From assembly GCA_963722385.1 (NCBI GenBank), contig CAVRKK010000001.1, positions 64,001-128,000 of the forward strand: 64,000 nucleotides of DNA, in the 5' to 3' direction. The translations under genes and the position numbers were made by a program. A model generated the notes under the pieces. That model was not told where the DNA came from, made no database searches, and saw only the letters and a list, made by a program, of their open reading frames with translations. Each line of letters opens with the position of its first letter. Positions within the stretch are counted from its first letter, which is position 1. Below are positions 20,236 to 30,486 of this stretch, piece after piece. Origin of the DNA: an uncultured bacterium. GTDB lineage: Bacteria > Babelota > Babeliae > Babelales > Babelaceae.

Positions 20236-21708
20236 ATGAAGAATATTAATTTAAATTGCATCATGCTTGCTTTGCTCGGGTGTTCCGTTTTCACCTGGAC
20301 TATGGATAATGGATCGATCGAAGAAAAAGAGCACGAGAATGAAACATCTGCTCCGGAATCGCCGTCTGAGGAAAGCAAACTAAAGCCAGCAGGGAACAAA
20401 GAAGCCCAAATTCAGCTTTTTCACGCCTTGGTCAGTGACGATACATCGAAAGAGCTTAAAGAAATTCTTCTCAACGACAGCTCATTCTCCCATAGTCTGG
20501 CAAGATTTGCCGATATCTTATTGCAACACAATCATATTGACTTAGAGGCGACCCTCATCGCCTTAAAAAACCGCGCGGATCCGAACGATTGGGAAGAATC
20601 AGACGTTAGGCCTTATATGCCTAGTCCATTATGGATGGCAACTGAATCAGGAAATCACAAGCTCGCTCAACTCTTACTTGCTTACGGAGCTGATCCCAAC
20701 AGAGGGTCTTTGCTCTATGGATCCCCACTTAGAACAGCTATGACTCATGGATATATTGAAATTATTGAATTGCTTCTCGAATCTGGCGCAGACATTAAAA
20801 TCGAGCGCGTACTTAGCCAATTAATGTCATCTAAAGGCCTTGTCTTTCTCCGATTATTCGTAAATTATGGCCTGAACCTTAATAATCATGAAATCGTGAA
20901 AGAAGTTTCGTCTTGTTTAGAAAGCTATCTTTGCTTTCCTTATACTTCACTTTTCGCACATCATAGCCAAATTACTCAAGAAAGTTTAAAACAGCGAAAG
21001 CAAGTAGAGAAAATATTCATATCATTTATCTTTTCTGGTGCTTACAAAGATGAAGTATTACATCCTATTTTTCGTAAAATCGCCGAAAAAATAGGGATGC
21101 GAGAATCCTCATTTCTTTATCAAATCCCTTTAGGTATGACTGAGCCTGTATTAAAACGTCTGCAAAAATTAATTTCAACCGACCCAACATCACAAGAAAT
21201 TTCTAGACTTGTTAATAATGCTTTTGCTCTTGCAGCTGCGTATGACCTTGAACAAATCATTAAATTCCTTATCGACCATAACGCGGTCTCTGAAAATGCC
21301 TTAATCGAAGCTTTTAACGCTGCTACCACTATCGGTAACCTGTCGATATTAAAAACACTTAGACCACTTATTTCTAATACGCTTTTATTGAAACTCACCA
21401 AAAAATATTTGCGAATTGCTGCAGTTCAGCTCCATAGCGATATCGTTCAGTATTTTCTTAAGCTTACTAACGAGATATCCGACAAACCATTCGATATAAT
21501 CCCTGTAAATAAATTCCTAACAAACTTACTGCGTAATAAATATCTAGACCCCAATAAAAAAACCATTTACCTATACATACAATCTCTTCTATGGAATTAT
21601 TTTCTTAATTATAACCCAACTCAACGTTACTTTGGTCAGCTAATGCCGGAATTACGGTATAATATCGGCAGATTTATAGTAAGCGGCCAGAAACCCTTAA
21701 GTCAATGA
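20236..21708 (+). CDS. Secreted ankyrin repeat protein, paralog 2 (tandem duplicate)
   Basis: PLWMATESGNHKLAQLLLAYGADPN; shares QLFHAL.SD, FALAAAY and IQSLLW.Y with paralog 1. Confidence 0.8.
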   Translation: MKNINLNCIMLALLGCSVFTWTMDNGSIEEKEHENETSAPESPSEESKLKPAGNKEAQIQLFHALVSDDTSKELKEILLNDSSFSHSLARFADILLQHNHIDLEATLIALKNRADPNDWEESDVRPYMPSPLWMATESGNHKLAQLLLAYGADPNRGSLLYGSPLRTAMTHGYIEIIELLLESGADIKIERVLSQLMSSKGLVFLRLFVNYGLNLNNHEIVKEVSSCLESYLCFPYTSLFAHHSQITQESLKQRKQVEKIFISFIFSGAYKDEVLHPIFRKIAEKIGMRESSFLYQIPLGMTEPVLKRLQKLISTDPTSQEISRLVNNAFALAAAYDLEQIIKFLIDHNAVSENALIEAFNAATTIGNLSILKTLRPLISNTLLLKLTKKYLRIAAVQLHSDIVQYFLKLTNEISDKPFDIIPVNKFLTNLLRNKYLDPNKKTIYLYIQSLLWNYFLNYNPTQRYFGQLMPELRYNIGRFIVSGQKPLSQ

Positions 21709-21923
21709 TCCACGACTAAAATCGTTAGCTTCCTTGCTCCTTTTCTCGTGAAATTAACAAGTTAAAGAAAAAAGTAGGCTGGTTCCAGAATTTACGAGAA
21801 TGGAGACCAGCCATACCCAACTCTGTAAACAGCCTGCAGAAGCTGCTGTACTAGTTTCTGTACGTGCATTTTCTGTGGTCGTTCAGATAGACAGTATTTC
21901 AAATGAAAATAGATAGATATCTA

Positions 21924-23165
21924 CTAATTAATTAGCTTAGCATGTTCTCCTAATGCACGATTAGAAAAGTATTTTTTGAGGAAGAATCCGCCGGCTGCAA
22001 TTGCTCCGACCCCAAGAAGGGCAGCCGTACCACCACCAGCACTGATTCCTATAATACAAGAACTACCACAGGGCTCATCGCCATCAGAACTATTTTGTGA
22101 TCCTAATGTTGCTATAGTTATGCTATTTGAGCTTGCATTTGCAGTAGCAAGGCATGTGTTATTTGGCGAAAACGCTACGGATCGAGGATTTGAAGAACCG
22201 GGTGGTTGAGCGTAGGAAGTTGCATTGCTTAAGATTTTTTCAGAGGGAGATGACGCGGTGGTTATCGTGAATAGCGTTATATTATTTGAATCAACATTAA
22301 CGGTTGCAAGGCAGGTACCTGTTGGCGAAAACGCAATTGAATTTGGAGAATTAGAGCCTGAAGGTAGAATATAAGAAGTGCCGTGATCTAGTATCCCATC
22401 GGTTACGGTAAAGAGCGTTACATCATTTGAACTATTAGCAGTAGCAAGCAGAGTGCCGTCTGGCGAGAATGCTAATGCTACCGGCCAACTAGAAGTAAAA
22501 GGCAACCGATATGAAGTTCTATTGCTCAATGCTCCTTCTGTACCTACACTAAATACTATCACATCATTAGCATTGCCATTAGAAATGGCTAGGCAAAGAC
22601 CATCTGGTGAGAATGCTATTGAATTAGGGCCTCCGGAAGGTACAGCATATGATGTTCCCGCATTTAATGTGCCATCTTGATTGACCGTAAATATAGTCAC
22701 ATCATTTGAGCCACCATTAGCAGTAGCAAGATATTTATTATTTGGTGAAAATGCTACCGCGTACGGACGATAGGACTGCGATGGCAAAGCATACGATATG
22801 CCTGGGTTTAATGTACCACTTGGATTCACCGTAAATATAGTTACTTCAAGTGTATCGTTATTCGTGGTAGCGAGATACTTACCATTGGGCGAAAACACGA
22901 CTGAGGTGGGGTGACTAGAACCTGAAGGCAAAGGATACGTAATGCCTGCATTTAATACCCCGTTGATGATCGTAGATATGGTCACATTAGCTGAGTTCTC
23001 ATTAGCGGTAGCAAGGTGTGAGCCATCTGGTGAAAATGCTATTGAACAGGGCCATTGAGCGTTAGCATGTAAAGGGTAAGCACTCAATGACGATAATACA
23101 CAATCCCTAGATTCTGCAGCGCTCGCAAATGCGAGCATCAGGTTTAAAAAAATAAGCGCTTTCAT
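21924..23165 (-). CDS. Exported beta-propeller protein (lactonase/YVTN-like) with C-terminal TM
   Basis: About 7 repeats of P.S[IV]AFSPDG..LATAN..SNDVTIF; signal peptide; hydrophobic C-terminal helix. Confidence 0.8.
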   Translation of the reverse strand: MKALIFLNLMLAFASAAESRDCVLSSLSAYPLHANAQWPCSIAFSPDGSHLATANENSANVTISTIINGVLNAGITYPLPSGSSHPTSVVFSPNGKYLATTNNDTLEVTIFTVNPSGTLNPGISYALPSQSYRPYAVAFSPNNKYLATANGGSNDVTIFTVNQDGTLNAGTSYAVPSGGPNSIAFSPDGLCLAISNGNANDVIVFSVGTEGALSNRTSYRLPFTSSWPVALAFSPDGTLLATANSSNDVTLFTVTDGILDHGTSYILPSGSNSPNSIAFSPTGTCLATVNVDSNNITLFTITTASSPSEKILSNATSYAQPPGSSNPRSVAFSPNNTCLATANASSNSITIATLGSQNSSDGDEPCGSSCIIGISAGGGTAALLGVGAIAAGGFFLKKYFSNRALGEHAKLIN

Positions 23166-23495
23166 TAGGCAGATCCTTTGTAAACAAAATCAATTACCAA
23201 TAATTTTTATAGCTACGCGGGTAGACGCGCCAACTATAGCACAGGAGAGCAGCAAAAGCAAAATGTTGGGATTTTGAAATATGGCTAAAAAAATTTTTCG
23301 TTCCATTATTGCAACTCGAGAAAATGATGCAGGCATTGCAAAAAAGCGCTTCCATCATTTCCCGAATTCAAAGAGGCAAGAGATTTTATTGAAAAAACAA
23401 ACCAATAGCAAAAATATTGATCATGAGAAACCAATCTTGTAAATCGCAGTTCTGCAGACACCGTCTGCAGTTTTAGTCAAGTGCTCCTGATCGGC

Positions 23496-24524
23496 TTATC
23501 GCTCAATTTGCCCAATAAGCTTTTCAATCTGGTCTACACTAGGCAATTGGTCCTTGAGCTCTTTTGGAAGCTTTTTAACGGTAGCATATGAAGCAACACC
23601 GATTGGTTTATGCGACTCCTTAAGGGTGTACTCAACCGTGGTCTTTTGTTTAGATTTGCACAAGATAATTCCTATCGAAGGATTTTCGCCAGCAATCTTA
23701 ACTTCATGATCCAAGCCTGCTAAATAAAACTGCATCTTGCCCACGTACTCAGGAATAAATTCGTCTTGCTTAAGCTCTATAGCGACCAAAGATTTCAAAT
23801 GGCGATGATACAGTAATATATCTATAAAATATTCTTTATCATCAATCTCAAGCCTATATTGCCTACCTATGTAAGCAAATATGCCGCCCATTTCTCTTAA
23901 AAATTGATCTATATTGGCGGTGAGGGCATTTTCAAGCTGGCGCTCGCTGTAGTCGTTGCCGAGCTCGAGAAAATCAAACATATACTCGTCTTTGACCACC
24001 ACCCTGGCCTTATCTTTAATATTTACTGGCAAGGTAGTATCAAAATTGTTTTGACCAAGAAGAGTCTTTTCGTAAGTCTGATTCTCAATATTACTAAGAA
24101 GAATACGATAGCTCCATGAATGCTTACGGGCCATTCTGACGTAAAATTCACGCTCGCTATCGTCATTGCACTTTCCAAGTATCGCCACATTATGGGACCA
24201 ACTAATTTCTGCAGACAGTGTCTGCAGTTTTTCTTTGTCATGATAATTTGTGTAAAAGTCTCTCATATACCAGAGATTCCTGACTGAGAATCCTTTTATG
24301 CCCGGAAATGTGCCTTGCAAATCTTTGGCAAGGTTCTCAATGACAGCGTCGCCCCATTTTTCTCTTTTTTGTTTTTCTGCGATCAGTCTTCCGATATCCC
24401 AATATAATAATACAAGTGCTCGGTTTACCGCTTTTAACGCTGCTGACTGAGCGGCGTTTATGCGACCTTTAACTTCGTTTAAAAATTCGGCATATTGCTT
24501 TGTTTCTATAATTTCCATAGCCAA
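23496..24524 (-). CDS. yhcG: YhcG/DUF1016 PD-(D/E)XK nuclease family protein
   Basis: LYWDIG, GFSVRNLWYMR, KDEYMFDFL, FIDILLYHRHL..LVAIELK, GKMQFYL. Confidence 0.9.
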   Translation of the reverse strand: MAMEIIETKQYAEFLNEVKGRINAAQSAALKAVNRALVLLYWDIGRLIAEKQKREKWGDAVIENLAKDLQGTFPGIKGFSVRNLWYMRDFYTNYHDKEKLQTLSAEISWSHNVAILGKCNDDSEREFYVRMARKHSWSYRILLSNIENQTYEKTLLGQNNFDTTLPVNIKDKARVVVKDEYMFDFLELGNDYSERQLENALTANIDQFLREMGGIFAYIGRQYRLEIDDKEYFIDILLYHRHLKSLVAIELKQDEFIPEYVGKMQFYLAGLDHEVKIAGENPSIGIILCKSKQKTTVEYTLKESHKPIGVASYATVKKLPKELKDQLPSVDQIEKLIGQIER

Positions 24525-25066
24525 TCACTGCCTTGGTATAGTCGTTCGTATCACCGTTGCCCGCAACAACTATAGCATTTTGCTATCTATTTGACACGGC
24601 TCTGCGTATAAGCACGGGGACCTTTATGCTTTATGGCAAAATCGTCATGATCCCGCGAAATTCAATTTTTTCTAGATGCAAGCAAATCATTTAACGTCGG
24701 AGCGGAATAAAATCCATCCAAAATCGGAGCTCTTCAACAACTGCTTGCTTATAAAGCATAAGAAATTTTACTTTGAAGATTGTTATGAGCTTTTCTCTGT
24801 CAGGAGAATGCGAAAGTGCCGCACCCTCGTAGTCTGCAGGGGTACGGCACAATTATAAGCAATAGGCAGCATGTTGAGCGCCAGCAAAAACTCATGGGTT
24901 AGGCTATGACAGGTTACGGTACTGCGTATCGCGATGTTGCCATGGGGTGGCGCCTACCCTGAGTCGTATTTTTTTCGTTGGCCGTCAATACCATCTACTA
25001 GTAGGCGAAAAGGATTACTACATAGATCTGCATGGAATTTACGAAGTTAAAGGAACAGCCGGAGTA

Positions 25067-26557
25067 TGTCAAGGCAAGGTAATTAGTTCCGGTTTTAAGC
25101 AAAGTGATTAGTTCCTCTTTTTTGTTGAGGGCCTGATCGCGGCCAGCGCGCTTCACCCTACTCTCCCAAACGAATTGAGCGAGTGGGAGCTGGCAATAAA
25201 CCAGCGGCCCAAAGTTGGCTATTTTTATGCGGTTTGCGTGGTTTATAGAGCTTAGGTTTTTGTTTCATCGCCTTCTTGGGCAAGCGATTTTTTATCTCTG
25301 AGAAATTTATATTTATATTCCTAATCGACAAGTTAATGCCACCATTTAAATCAGTATTCACCACGATTTTATCCTTTGGCTTTATAACAGTTTGCTGCTG
25401 TGTTTCAAGCTGAAAAATACGTTTGTTATAAGATAAAATACGTTTGTTATAAGATATTGTATAATCGTTATCCACAATTCGTTCTTCTTTAATACAAAAG
25501 ATAGTTTCCAAGTTGTAATATCTGGCGGGTTTATGAGCATCTCCTTCCCTCAGGGGAGATATGGCGAATCTTTGATTATGTTGGGCGATGAAATTATTTT
25601 CATGAAGAAACTTATTAGCCGCTTCAATAGAACATATCCCAGCCAAACGCATTTCTTTAACTAAGCGATCTTGTAACGTACCATGGGCTCGTTCAACACG
25701 CCCTTTTGCTTGAGGGCTGTGTGCATGAATGACTTCGATTGACAGCTCTTTTACCGCTCTTTCCCATTGCGTCTTTTTATCACCTTCTTCATTATTGAGA
25801 TTAACGCTAAAAACACCTCCAAAATCAACATAAAACGAATGTGGCCTACCATACAAACTGACATAATTTTTTGTCGCGCGCATAACATTGGCATGTGACT
25901 CGCTTTTAACGAATTCAAGCCATAATAGCTTGCTTGTCGCATTATCTATAAAGACAAGTAAGGTGCAACGTCCTGCGCGGCCCTCAAACCAATCATGTGG
26001 CGAGCCATCCAGTTGCACCATAAGGCCAGTCATTGCCCTGCGTTCTCGACGTTTACGCTGTTTTATCCTCATTGGCTTTGCCTGCCACAAGCCCGCTTCA
26101 ATCATCGCTTGGCGCAATGTTTCTTTGCTGATTTCTATACCCTTGAGCTCTTTGAGCTTTTCTGATGCAAACTTTGGTCCAAACCCTTGCCATTCAGAAC
26201 TTAGTAACTCGATTACTAAAACTTTTTCCTTTTCATCCCATCGCTTATTGCTTGTTATACCTCTATTTCGGTGAACCAATCCAACCACTCCCTCCTTCTG
26301 GTACCTCTTGAACTTCTTTCTTATCCATCTTTCTGTTACGCCAAGACGCAATGACGCTTCAACCTGGGTTATTTTCTTGCTTTTCAGCTTGTCAAATATT
26401 ATTAGCTGTTCTCTTTCTTTTCTGCTCATGATAACATGTTCCATGTAGGTTCCGCGTTTTAGGGCATTTTTAAATTCGTTTTCAAAAATTTAGAATACCT
26501 TAAAACCGGAACTTTTTATTTTGCTCTATTATCGGAACTTATCACTTTGCCCTAACA
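25067..26557 (-). mobile_element. Complete IS1202-like (ISNCY) insertion sequence with 17-bp target duplication
   Basis: Ends TGTCAAGGCAAGGTAATTAGTTCCG and (reverse complement) TGTTAGGGCAAAGTGATAAGTTCCG, with subterminal repeats; AAGGAACAGCCGGAGTA duplicated at 25050-25066 and 26559-26575. Confidence 0.9.
25158..26444 (-). CDS. DDE transposase, ISNCY/IS1202 type
   Basis: N-terminal HTH, VQLDGSPHDWF, YVDFGGVF, PQAKGRVER...LQDRL. Confidence 0.92.
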   Translation of the reverse strand: MEHVIMSRKEREQLIIFDKLKSKKITQVEASLRLGVTERWIRKKFKRYQKEGVVGLVHRNRGITSNKRWDEKEKVLVIELLSSEWQGFGPKFASEKLKELKGIEISKETLRQAMIEAGLWQAKPMRIKQRKRRERRAMTGLMVQLDGSPHDWFEGRAGRCTLLVFIDNATSKLLWLEFVKSESHANVMRATKNYVSLYGRPHSFYVDFGGVFSVNLNNEEGDKKTQWERAVKELSIEVIHAHSPQAKGRVERAHGTLQDRLVKEMRLAGICSIEAANKFLHENNFIAQHNQRFAISPLREGDAHKPARYYNLETIFCIKEERIVDNDYTISYNKRILSYNKRIFQLETQQQTVIKPKDKIVVNTDLNGGINLSIRNININFSEIKNRLPKKAMKQKPKLYKPRKPHKNSQLWAAGLLPAPTRSIRLGE

Positions 26558-26667
26558 CAAGGAACAGCCGGAGTATTGACATAAAGGAAACTATATTTTA
26601 TACTATCTCAATTTTCATCAAAACAAGGAAGTAAAAGGTATATCTTATTAATAAAAAGGAAATTGTT

Positions 26668-27159
26668 GTGAAAAGTTTAGCTCTATCTGTCTTTGTTATT
26701 TCTCTTCTTATAAGCTTAGAATTACAGGCTACTAATTGCACAGGAATATCATATGCTGCATTACCAAACTGTGGTAGAACTAGTTCTTACCTTTCCAATT
26801 CAATAGCATTTTCACCAGATGGTTTATGCCTTGCTATTGGTACCGATAATGGGTTGGGTGCAGGATGTGTAGCGATATTTCAAGTAGCAGCAAACGGTAC
26901 CTTATTAGGCGGAACATCGTATGGCTCTGGTACTAGCCCTATCTCAATAGCATTTTCACCGGGTGGGTCTTATCTTGCTACCGCTAATAAGGGTTCAAGT
27001 GATGTAACGGTGTTTATTGCTTCTAATTGCTTACCCATAGGAACAAGTACAACCACCGGTACGGGTACCGGCACAAGTACAAGTGGTACTTATACAGGCA
27101 CCAGCGCAGGTACCAATGCTGCAAACTCTTTACCATGTTTTATTACTTCTTTGTTTTAA
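26668..27159 (+). CDS. Short exported protein with two propeller-type repeats and a Thr/Gly tail
   Basis: NSIAFSPDGLCLAI identical to a segment of 21924..23165; TTTGTGTGTSTSGT tail. Confidence 0.7.
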   Translation: MKSLALSVFVISLLISLELQATNCTGISYAALPNCGRTSSYLSNSIAFSPDGLCLAIGTDNGLGAGCVAIFQVAANGTLLGGTSYGSGTSPISIAFSPGGSYLATANKGSSDVTVFIASNCLPIGTSTTTGTGTGTSTSGTYTGTSAGTNAANSLPCFITSLF

Positions 27160-27306
27160 CTAAAGGGTACCTAAATGGCCCAAACAGGTAAAAGGTAAAA
27201 AACCTGATTTGATTTGACATACCTATTGATTTATCATCTGTAATTCAGTCATTTGGTGATATCTACGTTAGCTTAAGAAGTTCTGCACAGAGGCAAGCTT
27301 GCCAAG

Positions 27307-27343
27307 AGTAAAACCTCCTTTCAAAAATGAAGGAGGTTTTACT
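27307..27343. terminator. Terminator hairpin
   Basis: AGTAAAACCTCCTT...AAGGAGGTTTTACT stem followed by a T-rich run. Confidence 0.7.
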
Positions 27344-27609
27344 TTATTTTACCTCGAATGTACACATCACAATGTTTTTTTGAAAGTATAAAGCATTCTG
27401 CTTCCAATAAAGAGGCTGCCTCCACTCCCTATGGCCGGTCAAGCCATGCGCCTATGTATATTAAAAGCCTCGAGAACGGCAGGAGGTGCGTGATTTTCTT
27501 GCCAAATATGACAAAGAAATGCATGAAACGTGCTGAATTTTGGTTTATGGGTAATTTCGGTTACACTAGAAGTTAACTGCTTTAATAATTACTTAAGAAA
27601 GGCTCCGCC

Positions 27610-30480
27610 ATGGCAGACGAGGAACGCACAGTAAGTTTTAAAGAAACCTTAAATCTTCCGCGCACCGATTTTCCTATTCGGCCTCAACCTGCTATTGACG
27701 ATCCTGCTATGATTATTCGCTGGCATGACGATGAGCTTTACGAGAAATCGTTTCATGCGCATGGGGGCGCCAAGAAATATGTTTTGCATGTTGGACCTCC
27801 TTATGCTAATGGTCATATTCATTTAGGTCATGCGTATGACTGGATTTTAAAAGACATTCTTACCAAAGCGTATCGTATGGCTGGGTACCATGTCCCGGTC
27901 AAGCCTGGTTGGGATTGTCATGGCTTACCTATTGAAATCAAGGTTGCGAAAGAAAATCCCGATCTCTCTGCGCTCGAGCTTAAGAAAGCGTGCCGTGCCT
28001 ATGCACAGCACTGGGTCGAGGTCCAAAGTCAGGAGTTTCAGCGGTTAGGCATTCTTATGGACTGGGCACATCCCTATCTTACTATGTCCCCGCATTATGA
28101 GGCCAAAACGGTACAGGCCTTTGGTCGCCTGCTTGAGCAGGGCTTTATTGAGCGAAAAAATAAAACGGTTCCCTGGTGTTTTGTCGATCAGACCGTCTTA
28201 GCTGCTGCCGAAATCGAGTATAAAGATCGCAAGGACCCTTCTGTTTATGCTCTGTTTCCTCTTGATCCTGCCTGGGTGAGCACTTACGTCCCCGGCATGC
28301 ACGAAGCCGTATCGCTTATTGTTTGGACGACAACGCCGTGGACCTTGCCACTTAATCGCGCAGTATTGCTCAAAGCTGGGGCGCAGTATGTCTTAGCCCG
28401 TTTGAAAGGCCAGCTTGCTATTGTTGGCTATGAAGCATTGCCACGGGTTGCCAAGCTTATTGATGCCGAGCCTGAGGTAATACAAGTGTTTCCTGCTGAG
28501 TTGCTTGCCTCTGCCCGTGTTTATCACCCGCTCAGTGATTATACCGTGCCGGTGATTTTTGACGAGTCGGTGGATTTGGCTGAGGGGACAGCCTGTGTAC
28601 ATATAGCTCCTGGCTGTGGGCAGCTTGATTATGAGCTCGGGGTTAAGCATGGGCTTGAGATTTACTCGCCCATAAGCCTTGTTGGAACGTATACCGAGGG
28701 AATTGTGCCCGCAGAGTTGCAAGGAAAATCTGTTACTGAGGGCCAGGGCTGGGTCATAGCCGAGCTTGCTCGCGCCGGCCGCTTATTTTATAAGGGAACT
28801 ATCACCCATAGCTATCCGCATTGTTGGCGGTGCCACAATGGTCTTATTTTTCGGGCGACCAGGCAGTGGTTCTTTAATTTGGCGCATAAAAGTGTTAAGC
28901 AGCGTGCTGTTGACGCTACCGATACTATCAGCTTTTTGCCGCCGCAGGGGAGAAATTTTTTACGAGCAACCTTAGAAAGCCGTTGGGAGTGGTGCCTTTC
29001 GCGTCAGCGTACATGGGGTACACCGATTCCAGCTCTTATGTGTGCTACCTGTGATTATGTTTATTGCACACCGGAATTTGTTGATCGTGTTGCGCAGTCT
29101 ATTGCCGTTGAGGGAGTTGAGTACTGGGAACGTGTGCCGGTTAGTGAGTTATTGCTTGATCATCCGATAACCTGCCCGCATTGCGAGACATCCCATTTTG
29201 TCAAAGAGAAGGACATTCTTGATGTCTGGTTTGACGCGGGAGTTAGCCATTATGTAATGCTCTATAACAATCCTGAGCTTAGTTTTCCTGCGGATATCTA
29301 CCTTGAAGGTATTGACCAGCACCGGGGCTGGTTTCAAAGCGCATTGTTGACCGGGCTGGTGCTTGAGGGTCAGGCTCCTATGAAGGCGATCATGACCCAT
29401 GGATTTACGGTTGACGAGAAAGGGCAAAAAATGTCCAAGTCGCTTGGCAATGTCGTGGCACCAATGGACGTTATGGCGCAATTGGGTACTGATGGTTTAC
29501 GACTTTGGGTCGCCAGTGTTGGGCATGAGGGCGATGCCGTTATCTCGGATGTTTTGTTGAAAAATGTGGGTGAGGTGTTGCGTAAGATTCGTAATACCGC
29601 GCGCTTTCTCTTGTCGAATTTATATGATTTTACTTTTGATCAAGATCACGTTGCCGTAGACAAGCTTGTTGTGATTGACCGAGCTATTTTGGCCTATGCT
29701 GCTCTTTTAAACCAGTCGGTTATTGGGCATTATAAAGCGGGTAATTTTACTGCTGTTTTTCATGGGTTGGCTGATTTTGTCACGGTTTACTTAAGCTCCT
29801 GGTATCTTGATGTTATTAAAGACCGTCTTTACGTTGAAAAGGCTGACGGTTACCTGCGTCGGTCAGCTCAAACGGCGTGTTGGTATTTATTAGACATGTT
29901 AACGAGGCTTATGGCCCCCATTATGTCATTTACTGCTGAGCAGTTAAGCGACCAGTATCAGAAAGACAAGAGCAAATCGGTTCACTTACAGCTTTTTGCT
30001 GAGCTTCCTGAAGTTCCTGTCGATGTATCGCTTGGAGGCAGCGTTGCTGCTACGCGCGAGATGCTTGGCCGCGCTGCGGAAGGCAGTGGATTTATAGCGA
30101 TGTGGGAGCTATTACGTGAACTGCGCTCTTGGGTGCTTAAGGCGATTGAAATTGAGCGCGAAAAGGGGTTGATCAAGCATTCCTTGGAGGCGCGGGTAAC
30201 CTTATTCGCAAGTCCTGCTATGAAAGGCTCTGTGGCATTTGGCGATTTTCTTAAGCTTTTGGCAACGCATGAGCAGTCGGTCGAGGACTTTTTTAAAGAG
30301 TTCTTAATAGTTTCGCAGGTTGTTTTTGCTAGCCAGCAAGATGATTTGCCAGAAAGCGGCTACAAGGGCTGGTATGTTCGTGTCGAGCATGCTCTTGGGG
30401 CTAAGTGTCCGCGATGCTGGAATTGGGATGTTGGCGAGCGTTCTCATCAGCTCTGTCGTCGCTGCTCATTGCTTGTATAA
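27610..30480 (+). CDS. ileS: Isoleucyl-tRNA synthetase
   Basis: GPPYANGHIHLGH, GWDCHGLP, WCLSRQRTWG, KMSKS, C-terminal CPRCW...CRRC. Confidence 0.97.
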   Translation: MADEERTVSFKETLNLPRTDFPIRPQPAIDDPAMIIRWHDDELYEKSFHAHGGAKKYVLHVGPPYANGHIHLGHAYDWILKDILTKAYRMAGYHVPVKPGWDCHGLPIEIKVAKENPDLSALELKKACRAYAQHWVEVQSQEFQRLGILMDWAHPYLTMSPHYEAKTVQAFGRLLEQGFIERKNKTVPWCFVDQTVLAAAEIEYKDRKDPSVYALFPLDPAWVSTYVPGMHEAVSLIVWTTTPWTLPLNRAVLLKAGAQYVLARLKGQLAIVGYEALPRVAKLIDAEPEVIQVFPAELLASARVYHPLSDYTVPVIFDESVDLAEGTACVHIAPGCGQLDYELGVKHGLEIYSPISLVGTYTEGIVPAELQGKSVTEGQGWVIAELARAGRLFYKGTITHSYPHCWRCHNGLIFRATRQWFFNLAHKSVKQRAVDATDTISFLPPQGRNFLRATLESRWEWCLSRQRTWGTPIPALMCATCDYVYCTPEFVDRVAQSIAVEGVEYWERVPVSELLLDHPITCPHCETSHFVKEKDILDVWFDAGVSHYVMLYNNPELSFPADIYLEGIDQHRGWFQSALLTGLVLEGQAPMKAIMTHGFTVDEKGQKMSKSLGNVVAPMDVMAQLGTDGLRLWVASVGHEGDAVISDVLLKNVGEVLRKIRNTARFLLSNLYDFTFDQDHVAVDKLVVIDRAILAYAALLNQSVIGHYKAGNFTAVFHGLADFVTVYLSSWYLDVIKDRLYVEKADGYLRRSAQTACWYLLDMLTRLMAPIMSFTAEQLSDQYQKDKSKSVHLQLFAELPEVPVDVSLGGSVAATREMLGRAAEGSGFIAMWELLRELRSWVLKAIEIEREKGLIKHSLEARVTLFASPAMKGSVAFGDFLKLLATHEQSVEDFFKEFLIVSQVVFASQQDDLPESGYKGWYVRVEHALGAKCPRCWNWDVGERSHQLCRRCSLLV

Positions 30481-30486
30481 CTCTAT

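Noticed and set aside
24540..25040. Possible gene remnant or ncRNA between yhcG and the IS
   Set aside because: No recognisable motif or convincing structure by eye.
25468..25476. DnaA box TTATCCACA
   Set aside because: Single copy inside the transposase; I saw no DnaA-box cluster near dnaN, so oriC is not called.
27214..27609. Ile-rich leader, T-box or riboswitch upstream of ileS
   Set aside because: No Ile-rich uORF or T-box motif found; only a terminator-like hairpin.
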